This document shows positions 55,573 through 64,000 of a stretch of DNA of 64,000 bases, one piece after another; position 1 is the first letter of the stretch, and every line of letters begins with the position of its first letter. Both the position numbers and the translations under genes were made by a program. This DNA comes from an uncultured Deferribacteres bacterium (lineage in GTDB: Bacteria > Zhuqueibacterota > Zhuqueibacteria > Zhuqueibacterales > Geothermadaptataceae). The stretch spans positions 5,150 to 69,149 of the forward strand of contig CAXHAT010000010.1 of assembly GCA_964014485.1 (NCBI GenBank), given 5' to 3'. The notes under the pieces were generated by a model. The model had not been told where the DNA came from, ran no database searches, and worked only from the letters and a program-made list of their open reading frames with translations.

Positions 55573-57282
55573 ATGAAGAACGCCGCTTCATTCATCAGCA
55601 TTTTTGCGCTGTTAACACTAACCAGCAACGTCACGACAGCCCAATCGATCACTATCGCGGTAAAAGATACAACGTTTCATGCGATTGGCGATGATTTCTT
55701 CGGCTTGCAATACCACGCCGACACTTATGACGACAATAACGCAATTGAAAAACTGAAGGCTCTCCACGCGCGCCGAATCAGAATTTGGGCGGACGTGACC
55801 GAGTTTCATCCCTCCCCCGGCGTCTGGAATTGGACGGAGCTGGATCGAAAAACGGCTGAAGTTCTCGATGCAGGATTCAAGTTCATCCTTTGCCTTTATC
55901 AGGGGGATGCGTGGTTCGTAGGCACGCCGGAAAACCCGTGGTGGAATCATCAGGCGGCGCTGACTGAGTGGGACAAAGCCGCTTTCCATCTCACCGAAAG
56001 ATATCAAAACGACATTGACCGGATCATCATTTTTGACGAGCCAAACATGCTTCATAAGGAAAGGGAGTACTACATTCCTTTCAAGCAATGCGCTCAGCTT
56101 TTCATACGCGCCGCTCAAGAAATCAAGAAGGCAAAGCCAGGCGCACTTTGCGGCGGCCCTTCCAGTTTTGGCGGCTGGGAAAACGGGCACTGGGCGAATT
56201 ATGTTTTTGCCGAGCCGGGCGGAGACGAAGCGTTAGATTTTGTTTCTTGCAACATTTTTCTGTCGTGGAACGCCGACGATGAAGACGAAACGATTATGGA
56301 CAGAACGATTTGGTACGAAGAAAGCGCACAAAAAATTAAAGTGATGACAAGCGAGCACGGCGCTCCGTCGTTGTTGCTGGACGCTTACAATGCGAGCGCG
56401 CTTTGGAAAAAAGACGGCGAACTTTGGACTGACCCGGGAAATGTCAGCGTATTCGGCGGCGTTTACCAGGCGGCGGCTTTGCTGCACAGCGCGAAGGGCG
56501 GATTTGAAATCGCTTTGCATTGGGAAACGGTCGGCGGCTTTGGCGTTCTCAATTGGCCGCCTCAATTCAAGGAGCTGCCGCCCTACCATGCCTGGAAGTT
56601 TCTGGTTGAAACGGCGGGCATGAAAGCCGGAGCAAGAATTCTCGATTGTACGTCCACGGAATCGCCCAAACCGGAGGCCCCGCACCACAGCGGCATGAAC
56701 GTCAATCTCTATGAAATCCAGCCTTTTGCCATTGAGCGGGCGGACGGCGGCGTCAGCGTTATTCTTATCAACAAATACGCCGGTGAAAATCACGTCGTCT
56801 CCGTTACTCCGCCGCTTGAAATGAGAAAATTCGCAAAATTCAGGTTCGACGCCGAACGAATTTTGGATTACGCTGTTCCTTTGGAGACAGGAATCTTGGA
56901 CGGAGCGGTAGAAATCACGTGCCCGCCGTTGAGCATCTCGATCATCAGATTTGAGCGGCAGGATCCGGTCGGCTTAGACGTTGAAAATGCAACCGTGCCG
57001 CAAGAAATTGAACTTTCGCCAAGCCGTCCAAATCCCTTCCGAACAACCGCCGTTTTGGATTATTCGCTGACAAAACCGGGACAAGTTTTACTGACGATTC
57101 ACAATATTTTGGGCGAGCAAGTTCGCGTCGTCGTGAATGAACATCAGTCGGCGGGAAAACACCAGGCGGCATGGGACGGTCGCAACGACGCGGGAGAAGC
57201 GTTAAGCAGCGGCGTTTATTATTTTCGATTGCACGCTGCCCACGTCAAGCTTTTCAGAAAAGTTCTTTTTTTAAAAAACTGA
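55573..57282 (+). CDS. secreted clan GH-A-like glycoside hydrolase with T9SS C-terminal sorting domain
   Basis: Has a signal peptide and a TIM-barrel-like N-terminal region with IIIFDEPN (the NEP-type acid/base motif of clan GH-A). The last ~88 aa (nt ~57016-57279) fit the T9SS CTD pattern (RPNPF....LDYSL......L.I.N..G..V..........G.H...WDG....G..L..GVYYFRL). The GH family is not assignable by eye. Confidence 0.6.
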   Translation: MKNAASFISIFALLTLTSNVTTAQSITIAVKDTTFHAIGDDFFGLQYHADTYDDNNAIEKLKALHARRIRIWADVTEFHPSPGVWNWTELDRKTAEVLDAGFKFILCLYQGDAWFVGTPENPWWNHQAALTEWDKAAFHLTERYQNDIDRIIIFDEPNMLHKEREYYIPFKQCAQLFIRAAQEIKKAKPGALCGGPSSFGGWENGHWANYVFAEPGGDEALDFVSCNIFLSWNADDEDETIMDRTIWYEESAQKIKVMTSEHGAPSLLLDAYNASALWKKDGELWTDPGNVSVFGGVYQAAALLHSAKGGFEIALHWETVGGFGVLNWPPQFKELPPYHAWKFLVETAGMKAGARILDCTSTESPKPEAPHHSGMNVNLYEIQPFAIERADGGVSVILINKYAGENHVVSVTPPLEMRKFAKFRFDAERILDYAVPLETGILDGAVEITCPPLSISIIRFERQDPVGLDVENATVPQEIELSPSRPNPFRTTAVLDYSLTKPGQVLLTIHNILGEQVRVVVNEHQSAGKHQAAWDGRNDAGEALSSGVYYFRLHAAHVKLFRKVLFLKN

Positions 57283-57329
57283 AGTCACGGACGGTCACTC
57301 ACAGTTTGAGTGTCTGGGACCAAGCTGGT

Positions 57330-57461
57330 CTTATTAGCGCCGGGCTTCAGCCCGGTGATGAGCGTAAATTCTCTCTTTTTTCTCCCAATCGCGCTGACGC
57401 GATTGGGAGAAAAAGGGGGGCGCTTTATCTGGTCCCCGCGCTGAAGCACGGGGCTAATAAG
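57330..57461. repeat. nested palindromic element: two inverted 26-nt repeats flanking a 17-bp-stem hairpin
   Basis: CTTATTAGCGCCGGGCTTCAGCCCGG at 57330-57355 matches the reverse complement of 57436-57461 at 23 of 26 positions. The central hairpin is TTTTTCTCCCAATCGCG (57377-57393), loop CTGA, then CGCGATTGGGAGAAAAA (57398-57414). Confidence 0.8.
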
Positions 57462-57678
57462 AATATGGAGTTATCCAGAGTCTCTTTATCGCACATGCGC
57501 GGGAATGACATAGAAATCCAGGTTTTACGGCTCGATCCCAAACTGGAGTTTGGGATCGAGAATTTTGAGCGTGTCAAAATTAGGTTGACGGTAGTGCGCC
57601 TCTGCGAAAAGACATTGACAAGCGGTTGTTGTATTGTGGAGCTGGTGCGTAATATCAGTTAAAACGTGAAGAAATCAC

Positions 57679-58797
57679 TTATCGCCTGACCTTCCAGAAC
57701 CTGCCCTCCGGAGAATCAACGGCGCGCAGGCCGAAGCGCTCGTCGGCTGGCTTGCCGTACTTGAGCAGTGCGAAAATATCTTCGATAATCGCACGGCTTT
57801 CCGCAAAATAATTGTGCCCCAAAAAGCCTTCTGAAATCGGCGTTGCGTCAATCGTCTCCACCCCGTCAATCAAAAGCACTTTTTCCCCGGCGCGCGGATA
57901 ACCGTGAAAAGATTTCGACGCTTTTAATGCGTTGTCCTCCGAAGAAACGTACAACGTGAACCGGCTCGCGCTTTTTTCAGCTATGGCCCCGATCTCGCGC
58001 TTAAAAACGTCGGCGTCCACGTCCGGCGCAACCATGACCACATTGCGGATCGCGTTTAGAACCCGCCCGTTGTTGTTCTGTTTGAGCGTCATGAGAACAC
58101 GCATCAGCGCGCGGTTGCCCATGCTGTGCGCCAGCAGAACAATGGACTTCGCTCCGGCTTCTCTGACCAGTTTTTCCAGAAAAATTTCCAGATGGCTTTG
58201 CGTCCAGCGCACGTTGGTTTCATCGACGGGGTAGCTGGAATATTCGCCCTGCGACGGCCAACTGTAAAACATGGAAACGCCGTCGAATTTCAGGTCAAAA
58301 GCCAGTTGAGCGGCGCGTGTTGCGGCTTCTTCAAAGTCAACGTTGTAGCCGTGAACATAAACCAGGGCGCTGCGCTCGCGCGTCAAATCCAGCCTGCTTT
58401 TAATTTGGCCGAAGAAGGCGTTGTTTTGCGCAGTTGCAGTTTCCTCCACCAAAATATACTCGTCAGGGTTGCTGCGATTCCAAAGCGTCCATGCTCCGGG
58501 CGCTTCGACCGCACCGATTTTGTGGATTTTCGGAATGTTCACCCGGCACACGCCAAAGGACAGGGTTCCGCGTTCAACACCGAAATTTGCGGAATCTTTA
58601 ATGGCGCGATCTGTTGCGAATAAAACTTCGAGCTTTGCGTTTTCGCCAACTTGTACAGGCGCGGGAGGCTCCGGGCGCGGCGGAGTGGGCGTAACGACGA
58701 CGGCGGGCGTTTTTGAGCTGGAGGCGCACCCGACCAATGCCCAAAAAACGGAAAATAAAACGATGGTTTTACAAGAGAGACGCATTCTGATCCGCAA
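57679..58797 (-). CDS. DUF900-type alpha/beta hydrolase lipoprotein
   Basis: The lipobox is VFWALVGCASS. LVYVHGYNVDFEEA, FYSWPSQG and the nucleophile-elbow AHSMGN fit the DUF900 esterase-like family. Confidence 0.7.
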   Translation of the reverse strand: MRIRMRLSCKTIVLFSVFWALVGCASSSKTPAVVVTPTPPRPEPPAPVQVGENAKLEVLFATDRAIKDSANFGVERGTLSFGVCRVNIPKIHKIGAVEAPGAWTLWNRSNPDEYILVEETATAQNNAFFGQIKSRLDLTRERSALVYVHGYNVDFEEAATRAAQLAFDLKFDGVSMFYSWPSQGEYSSYPVDETNVRWTQSHLEIFLEKLVREAGAKSIVLLAHSMGNRALMRVLMTLKQNNNGRVLNAIRNVVMVAPDVDADVFKREIGAIAEKSASRFTLYVSSEDNALKASKSFHGYPRAGEKVLLIDGVETIDATPISEGFLGHNYFAESRAIIEDIFALLKYGKPADERFGLRAVDSPEGRFWKVRR

Positions 58798-58810
58798 TGG
58801 TTAATTAACG

Positions 58811-61690
58811 CTATTTCATCAATAAGACGCGCTTGGCTTGGGTGAAATCGCCGGCTTGCAAACGATAAAAATATAATCCGCTGGGCGCCGTTGCGCCGGT
58901 TTCCGTCTTGCCGTTCCAAGTCACGGTATAAACGCCTGTGGCTTGGCTCGCCTGGACGAGCGTTCTAACTTCCCGGCCGAGCGTATCGAATATTTTTAGG
59001 GTGACGTCGCTGTTCTTCGGCAAAACATATTGAATTTTCGTCGAAGGATTGAACGGGTTTGGCCAGGCGTTGGAGAGCGCATAGCCCGAAGGCAAGACAG
59101 TCTCGCTCCCGTCCGCGACGCTTGTCGCCATGCTGGTGTAGCGGATGCGGTAAATTTTGCCGCTGTTTGCTGCGTCGGCGTTCAAATTGCCGTGAGAGGA
59201 AAAGTCGGCGACAAACAAATCCGCGCCGCTTGCCAGCAAGCCGTCCAAATGCCCAATGTCCGGCTGCATATTGTCGATAAAATGAAAATATTCCCACGTC
59301 TCGCCGTCGACGAAAACGAGCGGATTTTCTTCATTCTCTAGGCCCGCCAGAAAAAACTTGCCGTGAAAACCGACGAAAATACCGTTGTTCAAACCGTCGG
59401 GAAATTCCGGCGGCGCAAAAGCGATTTCATTCGGCCCTTCCGCTTCCGCGCCGGTCATCGGATCCGTCCACGGTTGAAAAGCCACAAGCGGCTGAATCCC
59501 GCCGCCGCCTACAACTTCGCCGGTGCGGTAGGCCGTGTAATTGTCTGGAAAGCCAAAATCCTCGATTTCACCGCCAATGTCGTCCTTCGCAATAAAATTG
59601 ATCTCGTCGGCGCTGGTCGGTTCGTTCGGGTCGACGAGGCCGTCAATGCCGTTGTCTTCAAAATACAAATCGCCGGTGACCGGATGAAAAGCCAGTCCGG
59701 AAGCGCTGCGCAAACCAGTCGCGATTTGTACCGGAGCTGTCGCGCCGATCTGGTCGTCTTGCTTAATAATTTGAATCATGTGGACGGCGTCGCCGTTGAG
59801 CGTGCCGTTGCCGCCAATTTCGCTGGAAATGGAAACCGTGCCCGTCGTGTTTTCAAAGTTTTTGGCTGAGCCAATGGGGAAAAACAAGTCGTAGCTGTCC
59901 GTCTCACCGGGCGTTTTTCGCACCGCGAGCGCCGAATGCGGATGCAGCCAACTGCTCGGGTAGGAGAAATCAAACTGCCCGACTTTTTCAAAGCTCGGTT
60001 CGTTTTCCGGGGAGTAGCGATAAATCACAATCGGCTTACCCTGCCCGGTGGTAAAAACGAGATCGTCGACCATGCGCAGAGCGGTCAAGCCGCCAACGGG
60101 AACGTCATCGAGCAACACGTTGCGCGTCTCGGCGACGCCGTTGTCGTCAGCATCGATCAATTGTACAAAACTCCCGGAAGGACTGCTCCAAAAAGATGTT
60201 CCATTGCTGACGGCGGTCAAAATCGAGCCGTCTGAGAGCTCAACCATACCAATCGGGAAATTCAAGTCCGCCGCGTAAGTCGTAATTTCGAATTCTTCCG
60301 GCTTCACGCGCGGATCGCCGCCGATGGGAAACGGCGCAGAAATTTCTTCTTCAAAAGTCACTTCCCACAAGCTTGAGCTGCGTCCGTTTTCAATGACGTA
60401 CATTTTATTTTCGGCCAGCACGGCGTCAACCGGGTTTTTGAAATTTCCGACGATGCGGGTGACGCGCGCTTCATAGCGATTTTCGGCCTCGATTTTGGTC
60501 AAGTCGAGATGGAGCAAGTCTTCGCTTTCATCACCGAAGGGACTGAGCAGACTGCTCGATCCCGGCGTCCAGCTCAGGACAAAACCGCCGCCTTTGAGAT
60601 CGCGCGGCAGGTTCATTTCCGTATCAAAAAGCAGTCCCAGCGGCGAGCGGTGCGCGGTGAAAGTGCTGATCGTCACGCCTTCATCGCTGGCGTCTTTGAT
60701 TTGCCCGTCTGCGGGGTCGCGGTACTTGTCCGCGTCCGGGCCGACGCTTCTCACGGGATCGGCGAAAACAACGCCTTCCGGCGGGGCGGGGTAGGTGGAG
60801 TCATCATGGAAAAAACCGAGCATCACGGCGTAAGCGCCCGGATTGACGAAAGGATCGGCGGTGAAATCGTACCCCGGAAATTGCTGTGGCGTGTCGTTTG
60901 TTCCCATTCGCCAGGGAAAACCGTAATGCTCGCCCTCGCGAATCCAGTTCAACTCTTCCGGATCGTCGCGGTCGCCGGAATTTTCCACGCCGAACAGGTC
61001 GCCGTTTGGCGCAAAGGCGAGATCGAAATGGTTGCGCACACCATCGGCGTATAAATAACCCTGCGCTTCCAGGCTGTCAGCGTCGTTTTGCAAAACGAGA
61101 TTCTCAGCGTCGATTGGGATGCGGAAAATTGCCGAGGTGAGGGGGAATTCGCGCACGCCGTCCATGTCCTGTGATTCGCCGTGATCGGTGCGCGAGCCAT
61201 TGTTCAGAAAAATGTAATGCCCGTCCGGGCTGAAGGCGATGGCGTTCCAATTGTGGTCGAAATGGCCGTTGAGCGGATATTCGACGGTTTCCATGACCTT
61301 CGTCCATTCGCGACCGTTGTCGTCTCCCACGCCTTTCATTAAAACGCCCATGTTCTTGCCGTCGTTTTTTTGGTTGCCGAGCACAAAAAACGTCCCGTCC
61401 GGCGCGATGGCGAAACCGGCGAGGGAGGTGACGCCGTGGTGCGTTGAGCGCGCAACCAACCGACGCGTCTTGGTCAACAAATTCGGGCGGTAAATCGACC
61501 CGGAATCGAGCGCATAATACAGCGTTTCCGTATTTAAATCCCGCGCGATGCGAATGCAATTATCTTGCACGGTCATAATTTTTTTGATCGTTATGTCAGG
61601 CCGAAACGAGATCGGTTCCTGTGCAAAAAGGAGGGTCGGAAAGACAAGAAGCGGTATAAAGGCGAGAAAGCGGGCGCTGAGATTTTTCAT
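58811..61690 (-). CDS. PQQ-dependent sugar dehydrogenase-like beta-propeller protein with T9SS C-terminal sorting domain
   Basis: Signal peptide from the Met at 61690 (MKNLSARFLAFIPLLVFPTLLFAQE). ADGVRNHFDLAFAPNGDLFGVENSGDRDDPEELNWI..GEHYGFPW matches the soluble glucose/sorbosone dehydrogenase signature. A second propeller-like half follows. The CTD (nt ~58814-59068) is NPFNPSTKIQYVLPKNSDVTLKIFDTLGREV...GVYTVTWNG...SGLYFYRL. Confidence 0.7.
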   Translation of the reverse strand: MKNLSARFLAFIPLLVFPTLLFAQEPISFRPDITIKKIMTVQDNCIRIARDLNTETLYYALDSGSIYRPNLLTKTRRLVARSTHHGVTSLAGFAIAPDGTFFVLGNQKNDGKNMGVLMKGVGDDNGREWTKVMETVEYPLNGHFDHNWNAIAFSPDGHYIFLNNGSRTDHGESQDMDGVREFPLTSAIFRIPIDAENLVLQNDADSLEAQGYLYADGVRNHFDLAFAPNGDLFGVENSGDRDDPEELNWIREGEHYGFPWRMGTNDTPQQFPGYDFTADPFVNPGAYAVMLGFFHDDSTYPAPPEGVVFADPVRSVGPDADKYRDPADGQIKDASDEGVTISTFTAHRSPLGLLFDTEMNLPRDLKGGGFVLSWTPGSSSLLSPFGDESEDLLHLDLTKIEAENRYEARVTRIVGNFKNPVDAVLAENKMYVIENGRSSSLWEVTFEEEISAPFPIGGDPRVKPEEFEITTYAADLNFPIGMVELSDGSILTAVSNGTSFWSSPSGSFVQLIDADDNGVAETRNVLLDDVPVGGLTALRMVDDLVFTTGQGKPIVIYRYSPENEPSFEKVGQFDFSYPSSWLHPHSALAVRKTPGETDSYDLFFPIGSAKNFENTTGTVSISSEIGGNGTLNGDAVHMIQIIKQDDQIGATAPVQIATGLRSASGLAFHPVTGDLYFEDNGIDGLVDPNEPTSADEINFIAKDDIGGEIEDFGFPDNYTAYRTGEVVGGGGIQPLVAFQPWTDPMTGAEAEGPNEIAFAPPEFPDGLNNGIFVGFHGKFFLAGLENEENPLVFVDGETWEYFHFIDNMQPDIGHLDGLLASGADLFVADFSSHGNLNADAANSGKIYRIRYTSMATSVADGSETVLPSGYALSNAWPNPFNPSTKIQYVLPKNSDVTLKIFDTLGREVRTLVQASQATGVYTVTWNGKTETGATAPSGLYFYRLQAGDFTQAKRVLLMK

Positions 61691-61863
61691 TGATTCCCTT
61701 GAATTTACGTGAGTTTTAAAATCATCATTCAGTTTGGCTTTCCAAGCCATGCTGGAAGCATCTTTTTTACCTTCAGCTTTTAGTTGGGCGGCAGTTCTGC
61801 ATTTGCGACTAAAAGAGATTTTTCAGAATGATAAATCGGGCTGAACGGGCGTCTTGAAAGCTT

Positions 61864-64000
61864 TCAAAAATTGATTCCAAATATCGGCTCATACTCCAGT
61901 TTTCCCGTTCCCGAATGATAATATCCCGCGACGCCGATACGCGCATTAAACACTTGAAAAATTTGAAAATTCGCGGACAAAAATGCGCCGGAAGAATAGC
62001 GGCTGAACCAGCCTCGAAATTGATTGGCCTCGTTGTCGATGAAGTCGGTTCCCCAATCATGAAAAACGCCGCCCGCAAGAAAATCCCAATAGACCGGGAG
62101 CAGCGGCGGTTTCCACTCAACGTAAGCAATGGGGAAATGATAAACGCCTTTTAGCCGCAATTGCTTCGAACCGCCGCGCGAGCTATGCCCAATAGGCCGG
62201 GATCGAAATGCATCGTAAAGGAAATTACCGTTTTCGCTTGCGAACGCGCCGGTATAGGTCGTTTGAAATTGCAATTGGTGATGCTTGATGAATGTCGGCA
62301 GAAAAATGTCGGCGCGCGCGGTGAGCTGTCTGTCGTCAAATTCGTTGCCCATGATTGACAAGCTTTTGTCCGCCAGAACGCTGAGAACAAGAGCGCTGCG
62401 GGGAACTACGTCTTTCAATGTTTGCGTGGCGCGGAAGAAAGTCAAGCCGCTGCGAACGCCGCGATACTTTGTACGCGCCAGAGTGAGCTGATCTGGAAAA
62501 ACGCCCCAGTTCTCGGCTCTGAAACCAATGGTCGGACGCAGAACCGTTGTGTGAACGTCGCTGTTGAGCAGCAAAGGGGCGCCGGCGGTAAATTCGAGGC
62601 CGTTTCTCCGCAGCCATGATTGCACAATGCCGAGCCCCTGTTCGCTAAGATCGACCGGGCCAAGTTCTTCCGGCTCGCTGTAAGAACGGATGGTGAACTC
62701 CGGGAAAAGCCGTCGAAAATTGAGGTTGAAATCCCAGGTTGGCTTGAATGTTTCGGTGGAGAAGGTCAGAATTCCCGACCAGTCGACAAGCCCCAAAGCA
62801 TCGGCGGAAGCAGCGAAAAAACCGGCGGCGTAGCCTTCTTCATCTTCAACGACAAACGGCAGCCAGCCTTGCGGACGCCAAAATTGTTTGACGGCGCGAT
62901 AAGGCGAGACTCGCCATTTTTCCTGCGACGGCGCGCCATAGCTGTGCTCATTTTCGTGCTCAAGCTGAACCTCGGAAAAATAACCCGTTTGATCTTCAGG
63001 AATCCAGTTCGCCGGGTTCAAACGGTAGCTTGCAATTCCCAAACCCTGGTCGGTGTATTGCGAAACGGCAAGTTCGTCGCCATTTGGCGAAACGACGGGA
63101 GAAAAAACGCCGGCTGCGTGATTCGTCACCATCCACATTTTCCCGCTCTCCGCCTCGCACGCCCAAATATTGAATTTCCCTGACCGATCCGATTCGAAAA
63201 ACACAAATCGATCATCGTTCGACCAGGTCGGCGTGTTCTCGTGGTGCGCGTCTGAAGTGTAAAGCGGCTCGGCCTTTTGGGTCGCCGCATCGAAAATATA
63301 AATGTCCTGCGAATTGTTGCTCTCTTTTACTGCAACGGCGATGCGTTTCCCATCATTTGACCATCGCGGGTTAAAAAAGAGCCGCCCCGGTTCTTCCCAG
63401 AACGATTCTACAGAACCGTCCTCTACCGAAACGACCGCAAGCCGGTTTCCGGTCGCCGTGCTTTGGATCACTGCAATCTTTTGTTCGTCCGGCGAGAGGC
63501 TCGGGCTGAAGACGCGAGCGTTGTGCGTTAATCTTTTCTCCCGTCCGTCCGCGCGATTTTTGAGGTACAAATCGCTGTACTGCGTCGCTGAAAAACGCTT
63601 GTGTGGAGACAATCGCGCCCACACGATCAAATTTTCGCCAACATCAAAACCGTTGGAAGATTGAAAAACGCGGTGGTTCAAGAATCTCTTGCGCTTGCCG
63701 TCGCGGGTGACTTGCCAGAGTCCCGGCGGTTCGTCGTAAAGGCTCGCTTCGCTGTAAACGATGGCGTCGTCGTTCAGCCAGCGCGGGTTTTCTTGTAAAG
63801 CAGGTTGAGCGTCGAATTTCCAGGATTGATCCGGCGGCGAGAAGTTTGTCTCATTCATTTTGCTTCGGTAGTCCGCCAGCATTTCCAGGTATATTTCACC
63901 GTCGTCTTTTCCGGTTACTTGCTTGACCGCAAAGCCAAACCCAAACAGCGGGAATTTCGTAAAACGATCAACGATGCGCCGCCAGGCGTCTTCGCCGTAT
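61864..64000 (-). CDS. PD40/TolB-like beta-propeller repeat protein with C-terminal beta-rich region, 5' end beyond window
   Basis: The minus-strand frame stays open from 63882 to nt 64000 (…YGEDAWRRIVDRFTKFPLFGFGFAVKQVTGKDDGEIYLEM…), so the listed Met is internal. WD40-like PD40 repeats include P.WSNDGKRIA, PTWSNDDRFVFF.SDRSG and FSPVVSPNGDELA. The aromatic-rich C-terminus ends in ...PIFGINF. Confidence 0.65.
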   Translation of the reverse strand, partial: YGEDAWRRIVDRFTKFPLFGFGFAVKQVTGKDDGEIYLEMLADYRSKMNETNFSPPDQSWKFDAQPALQENPRWLNDDAIVYSEASLYDEPPGLWQVTRDGKRKRFLNHRVFQSSNGFDVGENLIVWARLSPHKRFSATQYSDLYLKNRADGREKRLTHNARVFSPSLSPDEQKIAVIQSTATGNRLAVVSVEDGSVESFWEEPGRLFFNPRWSNDGKRIAVAVKESNNSQDIYIFDAATQKAEPLYTSDAHHENTPTWSNDDRFVFFESDRSGKFNIWACEAESGKMWMVTNHAAGVFSPVVSPNGDELAVSQYTDQGLGIASYRLNPANWIPEDQTGYFSEVQLEHENEHSYGAPSQEKWRVSPYRAVKQFWRPQGWLPFVVEDEEGYAAGFFAASADALGLVDWSGILTFSTETFKPTWDFNLNFRRLFPEFTIRSYSEPEELGPVDLSEQGLGIVQSWLRRNGLEFTAGAPLLLNSDVHTTVLRPTIGFRAENWGVFPDQLTLARTKYRGVRSGLTFFRATQTLKDVVPRSALVLSVLADKSLSIMGNEFDDRQLTARADIFLPTFIKHHQLQFQTTYTGAFASENGNFLYDAFRSRPIGHSSRGGSKQLRLKGVYHFPIAYVEWKPPLLPVYWDFLAGGVFHDWGTDFIDNEANQFRGWFSRYSSGAFLSANFQIFQVFNARIGVAGYYHSGTGKLEYEPIFGINF

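Noticed and set aside
57352-57362. GGTGATGAGCG resembling the CUGAUGA core of a hammerhead ribozyme
   Set aside because: The first core position is G rather than C. I could not find the matching GAAA/cleavage-site arrangement and three-helix junction around it.
57171-57662. 163-aa plus-strand ORF
   Set aside because: It starts inside the T9SS CTD of the GH gene in another frame, then runs through the palindrome-dense intergenic region. Its translation mirrors the inverted repeats rather than a protein fold.
1-64000. Looked for CRISPR arrays, tRNA/rRNA/tmRNA genes, transposases, integrases, prophage genes and toxin-antitoxin pairs
   Set aside because: I found no regularly spaced direct repeats, no tRNA-like T-arm/acceptor patterns in the intergenic regions, and no ORF with recombinase or transposase hallmarks. 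This was a by-eye scan, so small RNAs could have been missed.

Overview
This is a 64 kb chromosomal window, roughly 50% GC by eye, from an uncultivated-type Gram-negative bacterium. It most likely belongs to the FCB superphylum. Evidence for that: a SusC/SusD pair, three proteins with type IX secretion (T9SS) C-terminal sorting domains, and a PorV/PorQ-like barrel. Genes nonetheless use clear GGAGG Shine-Dalgarno sites.

Content from left to right:
- pilM plus a pilN/O-like gene, then a housekeeping run: rsmD, coaD, pta, an aminotransferase, a zinc-ribbon protein and a TPR protein.
- A surface-protein locus: a small secreted protein, a 2535-aa repeat-rich T9SS cargo, and a PorV-like barrel fused to TPR.
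- A partner-switching pair: a 1220-aa RsbW-kinase/HAMP/PP2C/HTH/TPR fusion plus a STAS protein.
- icd, obg, dprA and a class V aminotransferase.
- On the minus strand, a polyphosphate cluster (sixA-like, ppk1, ppx, NUDIX, CYTH-CHAD, orphan ParA). It sits between a GMC flavoprotein and the Tat-signal 'subunit 3' partner that normally lies next to it.
- A PUL-like locus: SusC, SusD, two CRTAC1/ASPIC-UnbV FG-GAP lipoproteins and a mini-lipoprotein.
- An orphan PAS histidine kinase, then a deoxynucleoside kinase and a cyclophilin.
- A sharply AT-rich two-gene insert at 54262-55310.
- A T9SS glycosidase-like protein, a DUF900 hydrolase, a T9SS PQQ-type dehydrogenase-like protein and a truncated PD40 protein.

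The most interesting object is the AT-rich insert. It encodes a 132-aa stand-alone Cas10/GGDEF-palm protein (mCpol-like), translationally coupled to a 217-aa protein with a CARF-like sensor domain followed by two C-terminal TM helices. I read this as a Panoptes-like, possibly variant, cyclic-nucleotide defence module.

I recognised no rRNA, tRNA, CRISPR array, transposase or integrase. All functional calls rest on motif and family recognition by eye. No database search, fold prediction or statistics were run.
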